Positions 1 through 9,073 are shown, numbered from the stretch's first letter. The stretch: DNA of 45,895 bases from Candidatus Thorarchaeota archaeon (GCA_018335335.1 JAGXKG010000013.1:1-45895); one strand, 5' to 3'. The notes: generated by a model from the letters alone, not told the origin. Numbers and translations: made by a program.

Positions 1-222
1 AATGGCTGCTTCCTTAGCGAGGAGATTGTACGCTTTTGAGCCAAGCTTTTTTTCGCTTCTTCCTTCTTCTTCAAGCTGGCGTTCTGCTTCTCTGTATGCC
101 CAAGATATTACATTCTTGGCATCCTCGCCAAGTAAACCGAGAATGGAATCAATTTTCCGCCATAGATTGTATCTTCTCACATGCTTCTTTATGGGGTCTC
201 CTATGATGCTGCGATTACTCAA
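1..222 (-). CDS. Partial CDS running off the left window edge (N-terminal ~70 aa visible). It reads ...IIGDPIKKHVRRYNLWRKIDSILGLLGEDAKNVISWAYREAERQLEEEGRSEKKLGSKAYNLLAKEAAI.... The start is uncertain: TTG or GTG candidates near 222 and 180, and no ATG after the upstream stop.
   Basis: Manual reverse-complement translation of 1..270. An open frame with a diverse, protein-like composition continues past the edge. It is absent from the ORF track because there is no stop inside the window. The overlapping + strand ORF 2..325 is Ser/Leu-rich antisense junk. Confidence 0.25.
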   Translation of the reverse strand, partial: MSNRSIIGDPIKKHVRRYNLWRKIDSILGLLGEDAKNVISWAYREAERQLEEEGRSEKKLGSKAYNLLAKEAAI

Positions 223-269
223 TATTTCTCAACCTGTACCTTCGTTTTGGAAGCTACACTTGGCAATCC

Positions 270-950
270 CTAAAGGATATCTTTTATCAATCTCGCTTCC
301 TGCGTCTGTTCATCATATTCAATAAGATTAGCATTTGCCAAGTCATGAATAGCCTTTAGGACTTGGGCAGGTTGAATTCCAGTACTGGCTGCTAAGTGTT
401 TTCTGTTAATTGCAGTTTGCGTATCATGAAGGGTATAAAGTATCCGTGCGTGGGGTTTACCATAGAATACCGTTTCCAGAAGCAATACGTAGACGCCCAG
501 TAAATCACTCACATCAACTTTCTCTTTTAATGTTTCTTTCTCAGCTGATGTTTCACGGTACAACTCCGAAACCCTTTCTAGTTTCTGGGTAATCTGTTCC
601 ATCTCTGATTTGAGCTCATCCCGTTCTGTTCGCAAAGTTTCCATTTCTTGATCTCTTGTCGCTTCTGTACTTTCCACCTTGTTTTTCAGTTCTTCAAGTT
701 TCTGTGTTTTTTCGGCTAATTCGTTTTCCAGTCTGTTGTTTTCTTCCTTAAGTTTTGCAGTCTTTTCTTCCAGAGTCTCAAGTTTTTCCTCCACTTCCCA
801 AGCTTTCTCTTCAGCTTCTCTGCGTGCACTGCGAAGCTCTTCATTTTTCTCTTCGAGTGCATCCCGGTCATCCATCACCTTTACGAGTTCGTTTTTGAAT
901 TCATCAAACAATCCAAGCAATTCTTCCCTGTTCTGGGACATCACAGCCAT
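270..950 (-). CDS. Coiled-coil protein with a C-terminal winged-helix/HTH-like domain. Function unknown.
   Basis: The N-terminal ~150 aa are E/K/L-rich heptad-like repeats (EEKLETLEEKTAKLKEENNRLENELAEKTQKLEELKNK). The C-terminal ~70 aa (ILYTLHDTQTAINRKHLAASTGIQPAQVLKAIHDLANANLIEY) fit a wHTH pattern. It lies 27 bp downstream of top6A on the same strand. Confidence 0.55.
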   Translation of the reverse strand: MAVMSQNREELLGLFDEFKNELVKVMDDRDALEEKNEELRSARREAEEKAWEVEEKLETLEEKTAKLKEENNRLENELAEKTQKLEELKNKVESTEATRDQEMETLRTERDELKSEMEQITQKLERVSELYRETSAEKETLKEKVDVSDLLGVYVLLLETVFYGKPHARILYTLHDTQTAINRKHLAASTGIQPAQVLKAIHDLANANLIEYDEQTQEARLIKDIL

Positions 951-977
951 CCTCGACTTATGACAACCATTCGCGAC

Positions 978-2063
978 TTATATCAGTTTCACATCATATT
1001 GACTTGCTTTCTCTCGGATGTACTGAATGTAGAATTCTTTGAGTTCCGCAAGAGGCATCCCAAACGCCTTGAAGGCTTCGAGTTCTCCCTTTCTGCGTTT
1101 CTTTATGAGGATATCATTCTCTCGACTGAGTATCTCGTTCTCTTTGATAGCAGGTATGCCCTTGTTTTGACGTGCACATCTTAGGTCGGACTTGGACATC
1201 GGTTCGAGTGTGTGTTCAATCGATGCAAGTAGTCCGCTTTTCGCCCAGAAATCATCAGTGGTCAAGCCAATCAACTTTGCATCTGGAGCGGCCAGCCCCT
1301 TGATATTCGCCAGCTCTATACTGTTGCTTTGGATTGTCGAGAATATTCGCAGGGACCAAGGCGACATATCTACAAGAACCAGTATTGGAATCTCTTCTTG
1401 TGACAGCTTGCGAATCCATGCACGCATATTACGACCGGGTTGTCCAAAAAGAGCACCAACCCCAATATCCATTTCTTCAGGCATTCCCAACTCAATCAGG
1501 TTTCGCGCCATAGCCTCTTTTTCCACAAAAACTGCGGCTTCAATGTTCAAATCATGGATTTGAACTTCAGAGGGTCTTGACGAAATGAACCAACCGTACT
1601 CGCCGGCTGCATCACATGTGATTCTTTTGCCTGACAAGTCGGAAAGAGTGACATCGCCATAGAAGGTACCTTTGGGAGAGCTTACGACGCCAAACTCTTC
1701 CCGAGGAACCGAATGTCCATTTTTCCGTAGAATTCTCTCGCACAGTTTGATGATTCGATTGGTTTCATTTTGGTTACCGATTTTCAGAACTTGTTTTACA
1801 TCCTTGACCTTGTGCATGTAGTAGAAGTCACGCAATGACATCGACATGCCTTGCTCAAGATGCTCTTTGAATCTAGAAAGGCCGTATGTAAGCCCAGCAA
1901 TCATCTTGGCACTTTTCACCTTGCGGCCATCCATATACGAGGGGGAATCATCCACATGTGTATAACCGGACTCAGACTCGTATTCAACATTTGACTTGGA
2001 AGAAGCGTAATAGCCAATTTCTGGAAAATAGCCGTCATTTAGGGTATCTGCAAGTGTTTCCAA
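978..2063 (-). CDS. top6A: DNA topoisomerase VI subunit A (Spo11/Top6A family).
   Basis: 361 aa. It has an LRDFYY catalytic-tyrosine-type motif and a toprim glutamate motif AAVFVEKEAMARNL, matching the Top6A VVEKDAVF consensus. It lies immediately downstream of top6B in the typical B-A operon order. Confidence 0.88.
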   Translation of the reverse strand: METLADTLNDGYFPEIGYYASSKSNVEYESESGYTHVDDSPSYMDGRKVKSAKMIAGLTYGLSRFKEHLEQGMSMSLRDFYYMHKVKDVKQVLKIGNQNETNRIIKLCERILRKNGHSVPREEFGVVSSPKGTFYGDVTLSDLSGKRITCDAAGEYGWFISSRPSEVQIHDLNIEAAVFVEKEAMARNLIELGMPEEMDIGVGALFGQPGRNMRAWIRKLSQEEIPILVLVDMSPWSLRIFSTIQSNSIELANIKGLAAPDAKLIGLTTDDFWAKSGLLASIEHTLEPMSKSDLRCARQNKGIPAIKENEILSRENDILIKKRRKGELEAFKAFGMPLAELKEFYIQYIREKASQYDVKLI

Positions 2064-2122
2064 TACGTTATTGATGAGCGGAACTACTTCGTCGGCCGCC
2101 CGAATTTCTTTTCTAGATTCGG

Positions 2123-3661
2123 TCAGTATTTACACTCCCCTTGAGGAAAAAGAGATTCGATCGAAACTTCTTGGCTTGTGGATTGTGAAAGGGTACTCGA
2201 TATGAATCTGTAATATTGTTGCAGTTTGTTCTTCCTGCGTCGCTTCCTTCGCGCTCTATGTTTTCTCCTCACATTAGTTGCAATATCTCGAAGGCACTGT
2301 TTGAAGCCCAAATCAATTTCACGTCTGATGCTGTCTACATTACCGATATACTCCTTACCGACCGTCTTGTAAGGGATCTGAGTTGAACATATGTGTGTAA
2401 AGAAAGCGAGTTTATCTTGCTCATCCAAATCATAGTTTCCAAGATTCAAATCCCGCATCACTTTGTTTGATACGTCCGAACCCTCATCATATAGCAAGGG
2501 AATTCTGTTTGCAAAGCGATAGAGGTTCAGCCTCTCTTCAATTTCTCCACCGTAGGCTACACCCACTTCGACGATGAATGGATGCCCTTCGTATACGCTT
2601 GGTTTTCTCTGACACACCGCAAAGAACTGTGGTTCAAGCCTTTTGATTCCTGCTGAAAGAACCTCTTCGCCAGCTGGGGACAGAGCAGAAGCTGAAGGGG
2701 GAAGGAACTCTTCAAAGGTGTCTATACCCCTCATGAGTTGCTTTAGTTCGGCTTTTGTCAGGTCACTTGGATTTTTCTCTGCATCGAGTCCACAGTGTTC
2801 CAGAAGACTTTCGGCGGTTACTTCTCCTACTCGATGGAATGCGCTTCTCAAGAATCCGGCCAAGGTCCTATTTTCCGCTTCATTCAGCATCTTCTTGAGC
2901 ATCTCAAGATCTATCCCTTCTGGGTGCGGTTTCATTTCAGAAGGCACATCGGGCAGGGAGCTAGTTACACGCTTGAATACGAGATGCTCATCATCTGGGT
3001 TTTCAAATCTAAGAGACGCGTAGGGAGCGATGATGCTGGTTTGCCTGAAATAGTCAATAATTCTTCGTTTACTTCTCAGCCAGTCACCTTTAAGATGATA
3101 AGAAACCGTAGTGCCGTGACCTGCCTGATTCTTCGGGAAATCTGTCTCTTCAAGAATTATTGGTTCATTCGCCTCAATATCAAGCTGTAGAACAAGCTTA
3201 TGCCCCACGGGCTCTCCATGTTTACTTGTTTTGATTTCTATCGGGTTTTGTGTAGTAATTTGTCCATAAAGGAGGGCTAAAGCCCCACCGAGACCGAATG
3301 TTCCCCGGCTTTGCTTCTGGGCATATTTTGTGCCGGTTAGCATCTTACCTAGCAGCTTTGGTGCATTCTCTGGGCATATACCGGTTCCATTATCCTCAAC
3401 GGTCAGGCAGTACAGCTGAGGTCCAGCCGCAAAAAGATCTTCGTCATCATCTAGCGAACTTTCTCTCTGAAGTGATACTGATATTTCAGGTAGTACTCTG
3501 GCCTCTTCACAGGCATCAAGAGCATTCTCCACCAATTCCCTCACTGAAACATACAACGATCGAGCAGGATTGTCAAACCCAGCGATGGTACGGTTCCGAT
3601 AGAACCAAGCGGAGACTGATAATTCCTCTAAACTAGAATCTGCGCTGCCAGCTGATAGCAT
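2123..3661 (-). CDS. top6B: DNA topoisomerase VI subunit B (GHKL ATPase).
   Basis: 512 aa. The N-terminus SLYVSVRELVENALDACEE is the Bergerat/GHKL ATP-binding motif typical of Top6B. There is a GxxGxG-like loop (GTFGLGGALALLYG). The size and the adjacency to top6A fit. Confidence 0.9.
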   Translation of the reverse strand: MLSAGSADSSLEELSVSAWFYRNRTIAGFDNPARSLYVSVRELVENALDACEEARVLPEISVSLQRESSLDDDEDLFAAGPQLYCLTVEDNGTGICPENAPKLLGKMLTGTKYAQKQSRGTFGLGGALALLYGQITTQNPIEIKTSKHGEPVGHKLVLQLDIEANEPIILEETDFPKNQAGHGTTVSYHLKGDWLRSKRRIIDYFRQTSIIAPYASLRFENPDDEHLVFKRVTSSLPDVPSEMKPHPEGIDLEMLKKMLNEAENRTLAGFLRSAFHRVGEVTAESLLEHCGLDAEKNPSDLTKAELKQLMRGIDTFEEFLPPSASALSPAGEEVLSAGIKRLEPQFFAVCQRKPSVYEGHPFIVEVGVAYGGEIEERLNLYRFANRIPLLYDEGSDVSNKVMRDLNLGNYDLDEQDKLAFFTHICSTQIPYKTVGKEYIGNVDSIRREIDLGFKQCLRDIATNVRRKHRARRKRRRKNKLQQYYRFISSTLSQSTSQEVSIESLFPQGECKY

Positions 3662-3741
3662 GGTATTCTTTCACCTAGCCTACAGCTCTTATGCGATAGT
3701 GATTGCCTATGAAGCGTAGTGTTATCCCAACATCACAATAG

Positions 3742-4623
3742 CTAGAGAATGAAGAACACGAATATGAGAAGCGCGGCTAATCCTGCAGCCTGAATCGCCC
3801 ATACTCTCTTGTTCCACTTCAATACAGTGGCCCCATCAAATGGTTGAACAGGTATCATGTTGAACAGACCAAGGATGCCGTTCAGCTGTATGCCATATCT
3901 GATGATGAAGCTTACTGGAGTTACAAACATCCCCAGAACTGACAAGAGAATCGCTACTCCTGATAAAATCAAACCCATAACGAAATTCGATAAGGGTCCA
4001 GCCAAATTGGCTTTACCGTGCTGTTTGAGTGTTGCTTTTCCTCTGGTCATGACGGCTCCTGTGCCAAACACTGGGAACCTGAACAAAATGGCCATTGCAG
4101 AGAGTATGTAGCCCTGCGTCGTCATTCGGAATTCACTCCACAGTCCGAAGCTTTGTGCGGTGAATTTGTGTGCCAACTCGTGCACCATGAACGCAGTCAG
4201 AAATAGACCAATGGTTGTCACTGGGTACCACCATAGGGGTGAAAGCAACCAAGCCAACCCACCGATAATAGGTGGATTCCCGGTCAGTGATAAACCAACA
4301 AGAACTACCAACACAGAAGCAATGAGCAAATCCTTGATTTCTCTTTGTGAAAAACGCTTTTGCTTCTTTCTCCTCTTCGGTTGTGATGTTAGTTCGGGAA
4401 GAAGGGAAATTGACAACCCATTGCTTTGGTCGGGTTCTATTTTCCTTGGTGCCTGTGGCCTCATTCGCTTCTCTCGAGCGCGTTCATGGACCTCCTTCAT
4501 TGCCGGGCAATTATGGTTCTCAGGCAGCCTATGATCTGCACAGTACGGCATATTGCAGTATGGGCACGTGAAACAAAGGTCTTCTTTTCCGCAACGAGAG
4601 CAACGAGTCATAGTTGGCTTCAA
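3742..4623 (-). CDS. Membrane zinc metalloprotease of the M50 (site-2 protease) family fused to an N-terminal AN1-type zinc finger.
   Basis: The N-terminus CSRCGKEDLCFTCPYCNMPYCADHRLPENHNC fits the AN1 pattern. It ends in C-x4-C-x2-H-x5-H-x-C with the preceding C-x2-C pairs. After a basic linker come multiple TM helices carrying HELAH (HExxH) and NMIPVQPFDG (the N-x2-P-x4-DG motif of M50 proteases). Confidence 0.75.
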   Translation of the reverse strand: MKPTMTRCSRCGKEDLCFTCPYCNMPYCADHRLPENHNCPAMKEVHERAREKRMRPQAPRKIEPDQSNGLSISLLPELTSQPKRRKKQKRFSQREIKDLLIASVLVVLVGLSLTGNPPIIGGLAWLLSPLWWYPVTTIGLFLTAFMVHELAHKFTAQSFGLWSEFRMTTQGYILSAMAILFRFPVFGTGAVMTRGKATLKQHGKANLAGPLSNFVMGLILSGVAILLSVLGMFVTPVSFIIRYGIQLNGILGLFNMIPVQPFDGATVLKWNKRVWAIQAAGLAALLIFVFFIL

Positions 4624-4763
4624 GTTGCAGATATTCTCTCTTCATATTTACGTATGCATTGTGGCGACGATATTTTATGAGTCTCCTTTACGAAAAGCCT
4701 TAAGTTGGAGTGCGCGTGCGGCGCGTGCGGTTGTCAAGTACCTCCTATTGGAGTCAGACCCTG

Positions 4764-6161
4764 ATGGACTTTGATGTTGCTATTGTGGGCAGTGGTCCTG
4801 CTGGTATATTCTGTGCTTTGGAGCTTCTGAGGAACAAACCAGAACTCCGGGTGAAAATACTAGAGCGTGGCAAGCCTATTGAAGAACGACAATGTCCCAA
4901 TTCAAAAGCTGCACGAGGATGCAAGAAATGCCAACCTTGCCAAATCCTGGCAGGATGGGGCGGTGCAGGAGCATTCTCGGATGGTAAACTCACGATTTCA
5001 CCCCGCGTAGGTGGCTGGCTGGATGAAATAATCGGTATGGATCGTCTGAGTGAGTTCATAGGATATGTGGACGATATTTACCTTGAACATGGTGCTCCAG
5101 AGAAAACCTATGGCTGCGACCAAGACGAGATAGAGGAATACTCTCGAAAAGCAGCTTTGGCGGGAATGGAACTGATACCTCAGCAGATACGCCATATGGG
5201 TAGAGAGGGTTGTATCAGTGTTATGACCAGCATGTATGATGAAATATCCGAGCATGCCGAAATCAATTTCAATACTGAGGCCAAAGAGTTACTTGTCAAG
5301 GATTCCAAAGTAGCAGGAGTCGAAGCAAGAAATGGAGAAGAATCTATTCGGGCGAAATACGTGGTGGCTGCTCCTGGTAGGGTAGGCAACGAATGGCTTT
5401 CAAACCAAGCTGAAAGGTTTCCATCGTTACAAACTGAAAGTAATTATGTTGACATCGGTGTGCGTGTGGAGATACCTGCTCCTGTCATGGCAGATATAGC
5501 TGAGGCACTCTACGAGCCCAAATTGATATACTATAGCAAGCAATTTGATGACAAAGTTAGGCTCTTCTGTTTCAATCCACAGGGCTATGTCACGACCGAA
5601 TACTACGATGAGATTCTCACTGTAAACGGCCAATCCTTTGCAAGCAAGAAAACAAAAAGTTCGAACTTCGCTCTTCTTGTTTCAACGAAATTTACGGCAC
5701 CATTCAATGAACCAATTGAGTATGGTAGGTCAATAGCTAGATTGGCGAATATGCTGGGCGACGGTGTTCTTGTCCAGCGTTTATCCGATCTTCGCAGAGG
5801 AAAGAGAAGCACGAAGAAACGGCTTTCTAGAAGCCCGGTTGAACCTACCCTCCCTGCAGCCTGTCCTGGAGATCTCAGCTTCGCTCTACCTTACCGGCAT
5901 CTTAGTTCGATAATGGAAATGCTTGAAGCTTTGGATGAACTCTGTCCCGGTGTCGCAAGCGATGGTACACTTCTGTACGGAGTAGAAGTCAAGTTCTATT
6001 CTTCGCGAATCGGAGTTGATGCCTCACTTGAGACGAAGGTCGAAAATCTATATGCTATTGGAGATGGAGCTGGTATAACAAGAGGCTTGATGCAATCATC
6101 GGTGTCTGGCGTCGTTACAGCAAGAGATATTCTCGCTAAAGAAGGAGTAGATGTTCCTTGA
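4764..6161 (+). CDS. FAD-dependent oxidoreductase (COG2509-like uncharacterised FAD-dependent dehydrogenase).
   Basis: The dinucleotide-binding motif DVAIVGSGPAGIFCALEL is at the N-terminus, followed by a Cys-rich segment CPNSKAARGCKKCQPCQ typical of this family. The track ORF starts at 4710. ATG 4764 with GGAG upstream is the more likely start. Confidence 0.7.
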   Translation: MDFDVAIVGSGPAGIFCALELLRNKPELRVKILERGKPIEERQCPNSKAARGCKKCQPCQILAGWGGAGAFSDGKLTISPRVGGWLDEIIGMDRLSEFIGYVDDIYLEHGAPEKTYGCDQDEIEEYSRKAALAGMELIPQQIRHMGREGCISVMTSMYDEISEHAEINFNTEAKELLVKDSKVAGVEARNGEESIRAKYVVAAPGRVGNEWLSNQAERFPSLQTESNYVDIGVRVEIPAPVMADIAEALYEPKLIYYSKQFDDKVRLFCFNPQGYVTTEYYDEILTVNGQSFASKKTKSSNFALLVSTKFTAPFNEPIEYGRSIARLANMLGDGVLVQRLSDLRRGKRSTKKRLSRSPVEPTLPAACPGDLSFALPYRHLSSIMEMLEALDELCPGVASDGTLLYGVEVKFYSSRIGVDASLETKVENLYAIGDGAGITRGLMQSSVSGVVTARDILAKEGVDVP

Positions 6162-6253
6162 ATGTTTTGGATGTGCTTAAATCGTCCTTCTTTGCTATAT
6201 GATGTATGCTGACCCTTACGTAAATGATGGACAGAATGTACCCTTCTCAACAT

Positions 6254-6311
6254 TTATATATCTAGGGACTACTTGGTACTATAGTAAGAGTTGGTCCCTA
6301 GTTGACCAACT
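6254..6311 (+). promoter_or_regulatory. Candidate promoter and operator of the hsp20-cdc48 unit. A TATA-like box (tttatata, 6254-6261) is followed by two interlocking palindromes: CTAGGGAC(6262-6269)...GTCCCTAG(6294-6301), and AGTTGGTC(6289-6296)-cctagtt-GACCAACT(6304-6311).
   Basis: Perfect 8-bp inverted repeats, read directly. They are positioned where an archaeal TSS or operator would lie, about 25 bp after the TATA. Confidence 0.45.
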
Positions 6312-6329
6312 TGCAAACATGCACAAAAC

Positions 6330-6378
6330 GAAGTCCCATTGGTGACTCTCAGGGCGGCATAAAGCCGCCCGGGACTTC
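6330..6378 (+). other. Predicted stem-loop in the 5' leader of hsp20. It is a nested perfect inverted repeat: gaagtccc(6330-6337)...gggacttc(6371-6378) enclosing gggcggc-ataaa-gccgccc(6352-6370). It sits 22 nt upstream of ATG 6401, and SD GGAGGT is at 6386-6391.
   Basis: Inverted repeats read directly from the sequence. There is no U-tract downstream, so it is unlikely to be a terminator. It may be a leader structure, a possible RNA-thermometer-like or protein-binding element. Confidence 0.4.
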
Positions 6379-6400
6379 ACTGAATGGGAGGTAGGATATT

Positions 6401-6853
6401 ATGACAAATATTGATGATAATTTCGATGAATTTGACGCTCTATTTCGGAAAATGCTTCGCCAGTTCTTCTCTGGTTCGCCTGCGTTTGGCCGTATGATGG
6501 GCGAAACACATAGGATTAGTCCCCAGGCTGAACAGGGAACGACTCCGAGAATGGCTGAATCTGATGAGAAAGAACATCGGATAGAGCGCATTGATCTTGA
6601 TGATAGAGTTATTATTGTAATTGATAATTGTAAGAACAGCGATAATCCTGAAGCTCATATTGAAGGGAGAGAAGTTGAAGTCACACTGGGTGAAGCTGCT
6701 TCGCACGGTCATGAATTCGAGGTTCCATTCGCGGTTGACGTCGAAGAATCAAAGATGACATTCAGAAACGGAGTAGTTGAGATCACCTTAGTCAAATCCG
6801 AGAAGGAAGATGCTTCTTCGGACTTCAATGAAGGACTCCTTAAACCAGAATAG
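6401..6853 (+). CDS. Small heat shock protein of the Hsp20/alpha-crystallin family (atypical).
   Basis: 150 aa. The C-terminal half (EVEVTL...FEVPFAVDVEESKMTFRNGVVEITLVKSEKE) matches the ACD beta-sandwich end motif (F.r.f.LP..vd...a.f.NGVL.i.lpK). The N-terminus is disordered and Phe/Asp-rich. The gene is 18 bp upstream of cdc48, the same arrangement as the Pyrococcus hsp20-AAA+ pair. Confidence 0.6.
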   Translation: MTNIDDNFDEFDALFRKMLRQFFSGSPAFGRMMGETHRISPQAEQGTTPRMAESDEKEHRIERIDLDDRVIIVIDNCKNSDNPEAHIEGREVEVTLGEAASHGHEFEVPFAVDVEESKMTFRNGVVEITLVKSEKEDASSDFNEGLLKPE

Positions 6854-6871
6854 AGGGAGATGTGAGAGAGA

Positions 6872-9058
6872 ATGTCAGAAGATACAGTGAAATTGAAGGT
6901 AGCAGCGGCGATGCCAAAAGACCAAGGCCGCGGTATAGTTAGATTGAACTCCAAAATAAGGCGAGATCTTGGCCTCCGGTCAGGAGACTACGTGCTTATC
7001 AAAGGAAACAAGGAAACGGTTGCTGTGGCTTGGCCAGCCTTGCAAGAAGATGAAGTCCTCGATATGATTCGGATGGACGGTTTGATTCGAAAGAACGCTG
7101 GAGCTAAGCTAGGTGAAGTTATCAAGCTCCAGAAAATCGACCCTCCTGATGCAACGCGAGTTGTATTGGCTCCAAGCCAACCAATTCGTTTCCGCGGTGG
7201 TTTTGAGACCTACCTTAAGAAACAGATTCTCAACAAGCCACTTACGCGTGGAGATGTACTTATGGTTGCATCCATAGGCTCAGGTCTGAAATTCCATGTA
7301 ACTGCGGTATCGCCCAGTAAGCATGTGAAAGTCAACCGTCAGACGAAGGTTGAGATTAGGACTAAGCCGGTTCAGGCAGAAGATACGCAGGTTCCTCAGG
7401 TTACATACGAGGATATTGGCGGCCTTTCCAAGGAATTGCAGAGAATACGAGAAATGGTAGAGCTGCCAATGAAGTCTCCCGACCTTTTCAAGAGGCTCGG
7501 TATTGAGCCGCCAAAGGGAGTTTTCCTCAGAGGACCTCCTGGAACAGGAAAGACGCTCATTGCAAAAGCTGTGGCAAATGAGTCTGGTGCCAATTTCCAA
7601 GCTATCAATGGGCCAGAAATCATGTCCAAGTTCTATGGAGAATCAGAACAGAAGCTTCGCGAAGTATTCGAGGAAGCCGAGAAAAATGCTCCAAGTATCA
7701 TCTTCATCGACGAGATTGACAGTATCGCGCCCAAGCGAGCAGAAGTCACCGGTGAAGTTGAAAGACGAGTTGTTGCTCAGCTCTTGTCACTCATGGATGG
7801 CCTAGAAGGTCGTGGACAAGTGATTGTGATTGGAGCTACGAACCGTCCTGATGATGTTGACGAAGCTTTGAGACGGCCTGGCAGGTTTGACCGAGAAATC
7901 CATATCGGGATACCTGATAGACAAGGTAGACTGGAGATTCTTCAGATTCATACTCGAGGTATGCCCCTAGAAGAGGATCTTGAGTTGGGTCGCCTTGCTG
8001 ATGTCACACACGGCTTTGTTGGAGCTGATTTGGAGTCTCTTGCTAGAGAAGCTGCAATGCACGCTTTGAGACGGGTTCTGCCTCATGTTGACCCAGAAAC
8101 GGGTGACATTCCTGCAGACATCCTGAATGATCTGTACGTTACGCAAGAGGACTTTGAGGCCGCTATGTCCGAGATTTCACCTTCTGCGCTACGTGCGGTC
8201 ATGGTTGAGTCACCAAATGTACAATGGAATGATGTTGGTGGTCTGGACGAGGTAAAGAGCAGGCTAAGAGAAGCTGTTGAAGCCCCACTTAAGCATCCTG
8301 ATGTCTTTGAAGAGATGGGTATTCGCACTCCTAAGGGTGTGCTTCTATTTGGCCCTCCTGGAACTGGTAAGACCCTTCTCGCGAAGGCGGTTGCTACTGA
8401 AAGCGAGGCCAACTTCATTTCTATCAAAGGTCCAGAAATCTTCAACAAGTATGTTGGTGAGTCTGAGAAGGCTGTTCGGGAGATTTTCAAGAAGGCAAGA
8501 CAAACCGCACCGTGTGTACTGTTCTTCGACGAGATTGATGCCGTAATGGGTCATAGGAGCATGCGCGATGAAACTGGTGTGAGTAAGAGGATTGTAAACC
8601 AGTTCCTCGCAGAGCTTGACGGTATGCAGTCACTTCAGAATGTGCTGGTTGTTGGTGCAACAAATCGAGCAGACATCCTTGATCCGGCTGTATTGAGACC
8701 TGGAAGATTCGACTCGGTGGTATATGTTCCTCCACCTGATGAGGATGCAAGAGTTGAGATTTTCGAGGTACATACTAGGGATATGCCATTGACTGAGGAT
8801 GTTGATTTACGAGAACTTGCAAAAATGACTAAAGGATTCTCCGGTGCGGATATCGAAGGTCTCTGCAGAGAAGCGGCAATGACGGCTGTGAGAAAAGACT
8901 GGAAGGCCAAGCCTGTAGAAATGAAGCATTTCAAGAGCGCCATGGATGAGGTTAAGCCAAGTATATCTGCAGAAGACAAGGAACGGTACAAGTCTCAGGC
9001 TGAACGTGTCCTTCGTAGAGCACCAAGCCGCGATAAGCAACTCTCTGGCTACGTCTAA
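6872..9058 (+). CDS. cdc48: Cdc48/VCP/p97-like AAA+ ATPase with two AAA domains and a double-psi-barrel N domain.
   Basis: 728 aa. There are two Walker A motifs (GPPGTGKTL twice), two Walker B motifs (IIFIDEIDS and VLFFDEIDA), and second-region-of-homology arginines. The N domain VKLKVAAAMPKDQGRGIVRLNSKIRRDLGLRSGDYV is typical of the CDC48 N domain. An SD GGGAG precedes the ATG. Confidence 0.93.
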   Translation: MSEDTVKLKVAAAMPKDQGRGIVRLNSKIRRDLGLRSGDYVLIKGNKETVAVAWPALQEDEVLDMIRMDGLIRKNAGAKLGEVIKLQKIDPPDATRVVLAPSQPIRFRGGFETYLKKQILNKPLTRGDVLMVASIGSGLKFHVTAVSPSKHVKVNRQTKVEIRTKPVQAEDTQVPQVTYEDIGGLSKELQRIREMVELPMKSPDLFKRLGIEPPKGVFLRGPPGTGKTLIAKAVANESGANFQAINGPEIMSKFYGESEQKLREVFEEAEKNAPSIIFIDEIDSIAPKRAEVTGEVERRVVAQLLSLMDGLEGRGQVIVIGATNRPDDVDEALRRPGRFDREIHIGIPDRQGRLEILQIHTRGMPLEEDLELGRLADVTHGFVGADLESLAREAAMHALRRVLPHVDPETGDIPADILNDLYVTQEDFEAAMSEISPSALRAVMVESPNVQWNDVGGLDEVKSRLREAVEAPLKHPDVFEEMGIRTPKGVLLFGPPGTGKTLLAKAVATESEANFISIKGPEIFNKYVGESEKAVREIFKKARQTAPCVLFFDEIDAVMGHRSMRDETGVSKRIVNQFLAELDGMQSLQNVLVVGATNRADILDPAVLRPGRFDSVVYVPPPDEDARVEIFEVHTRDMPLTEDVDLRELAKMTKGFSGADIEGLCREAAMTAVRKDWKAKPVEMKHFKSAMDEVKPSISAEDKERYKSQAERVLRRAPSRDKQLSGYV

Positions 9059-9073
9059 AGCCATATTGTAATG

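Noticed and set aside
2-325. Plus-strand ORF of 107 aa (Ser/Leu/Phe-rich).
   Set aside because: Low-complexity antisense translation of the K/E-rich minus-strand genes. It overlaps the end of the coiled-coil gene and the partial edge gene.
679-963. Plus-strand ORF of 94 aa composed almost entirely of Ser/Phe/Leu.
   Set aside because: Mirror image of the E/K/L coiled-coil coding sequence on the opposite strand. It is not a real gene.
4713-4730. Tandem 9-bp direct repeat cgcgtgcgg x2 upstream of the FAD oxidoreductase start.
   Set aside because: Only two short copies. This is most likely chance or a minor slippage product, not a repeat array or CRISPR.
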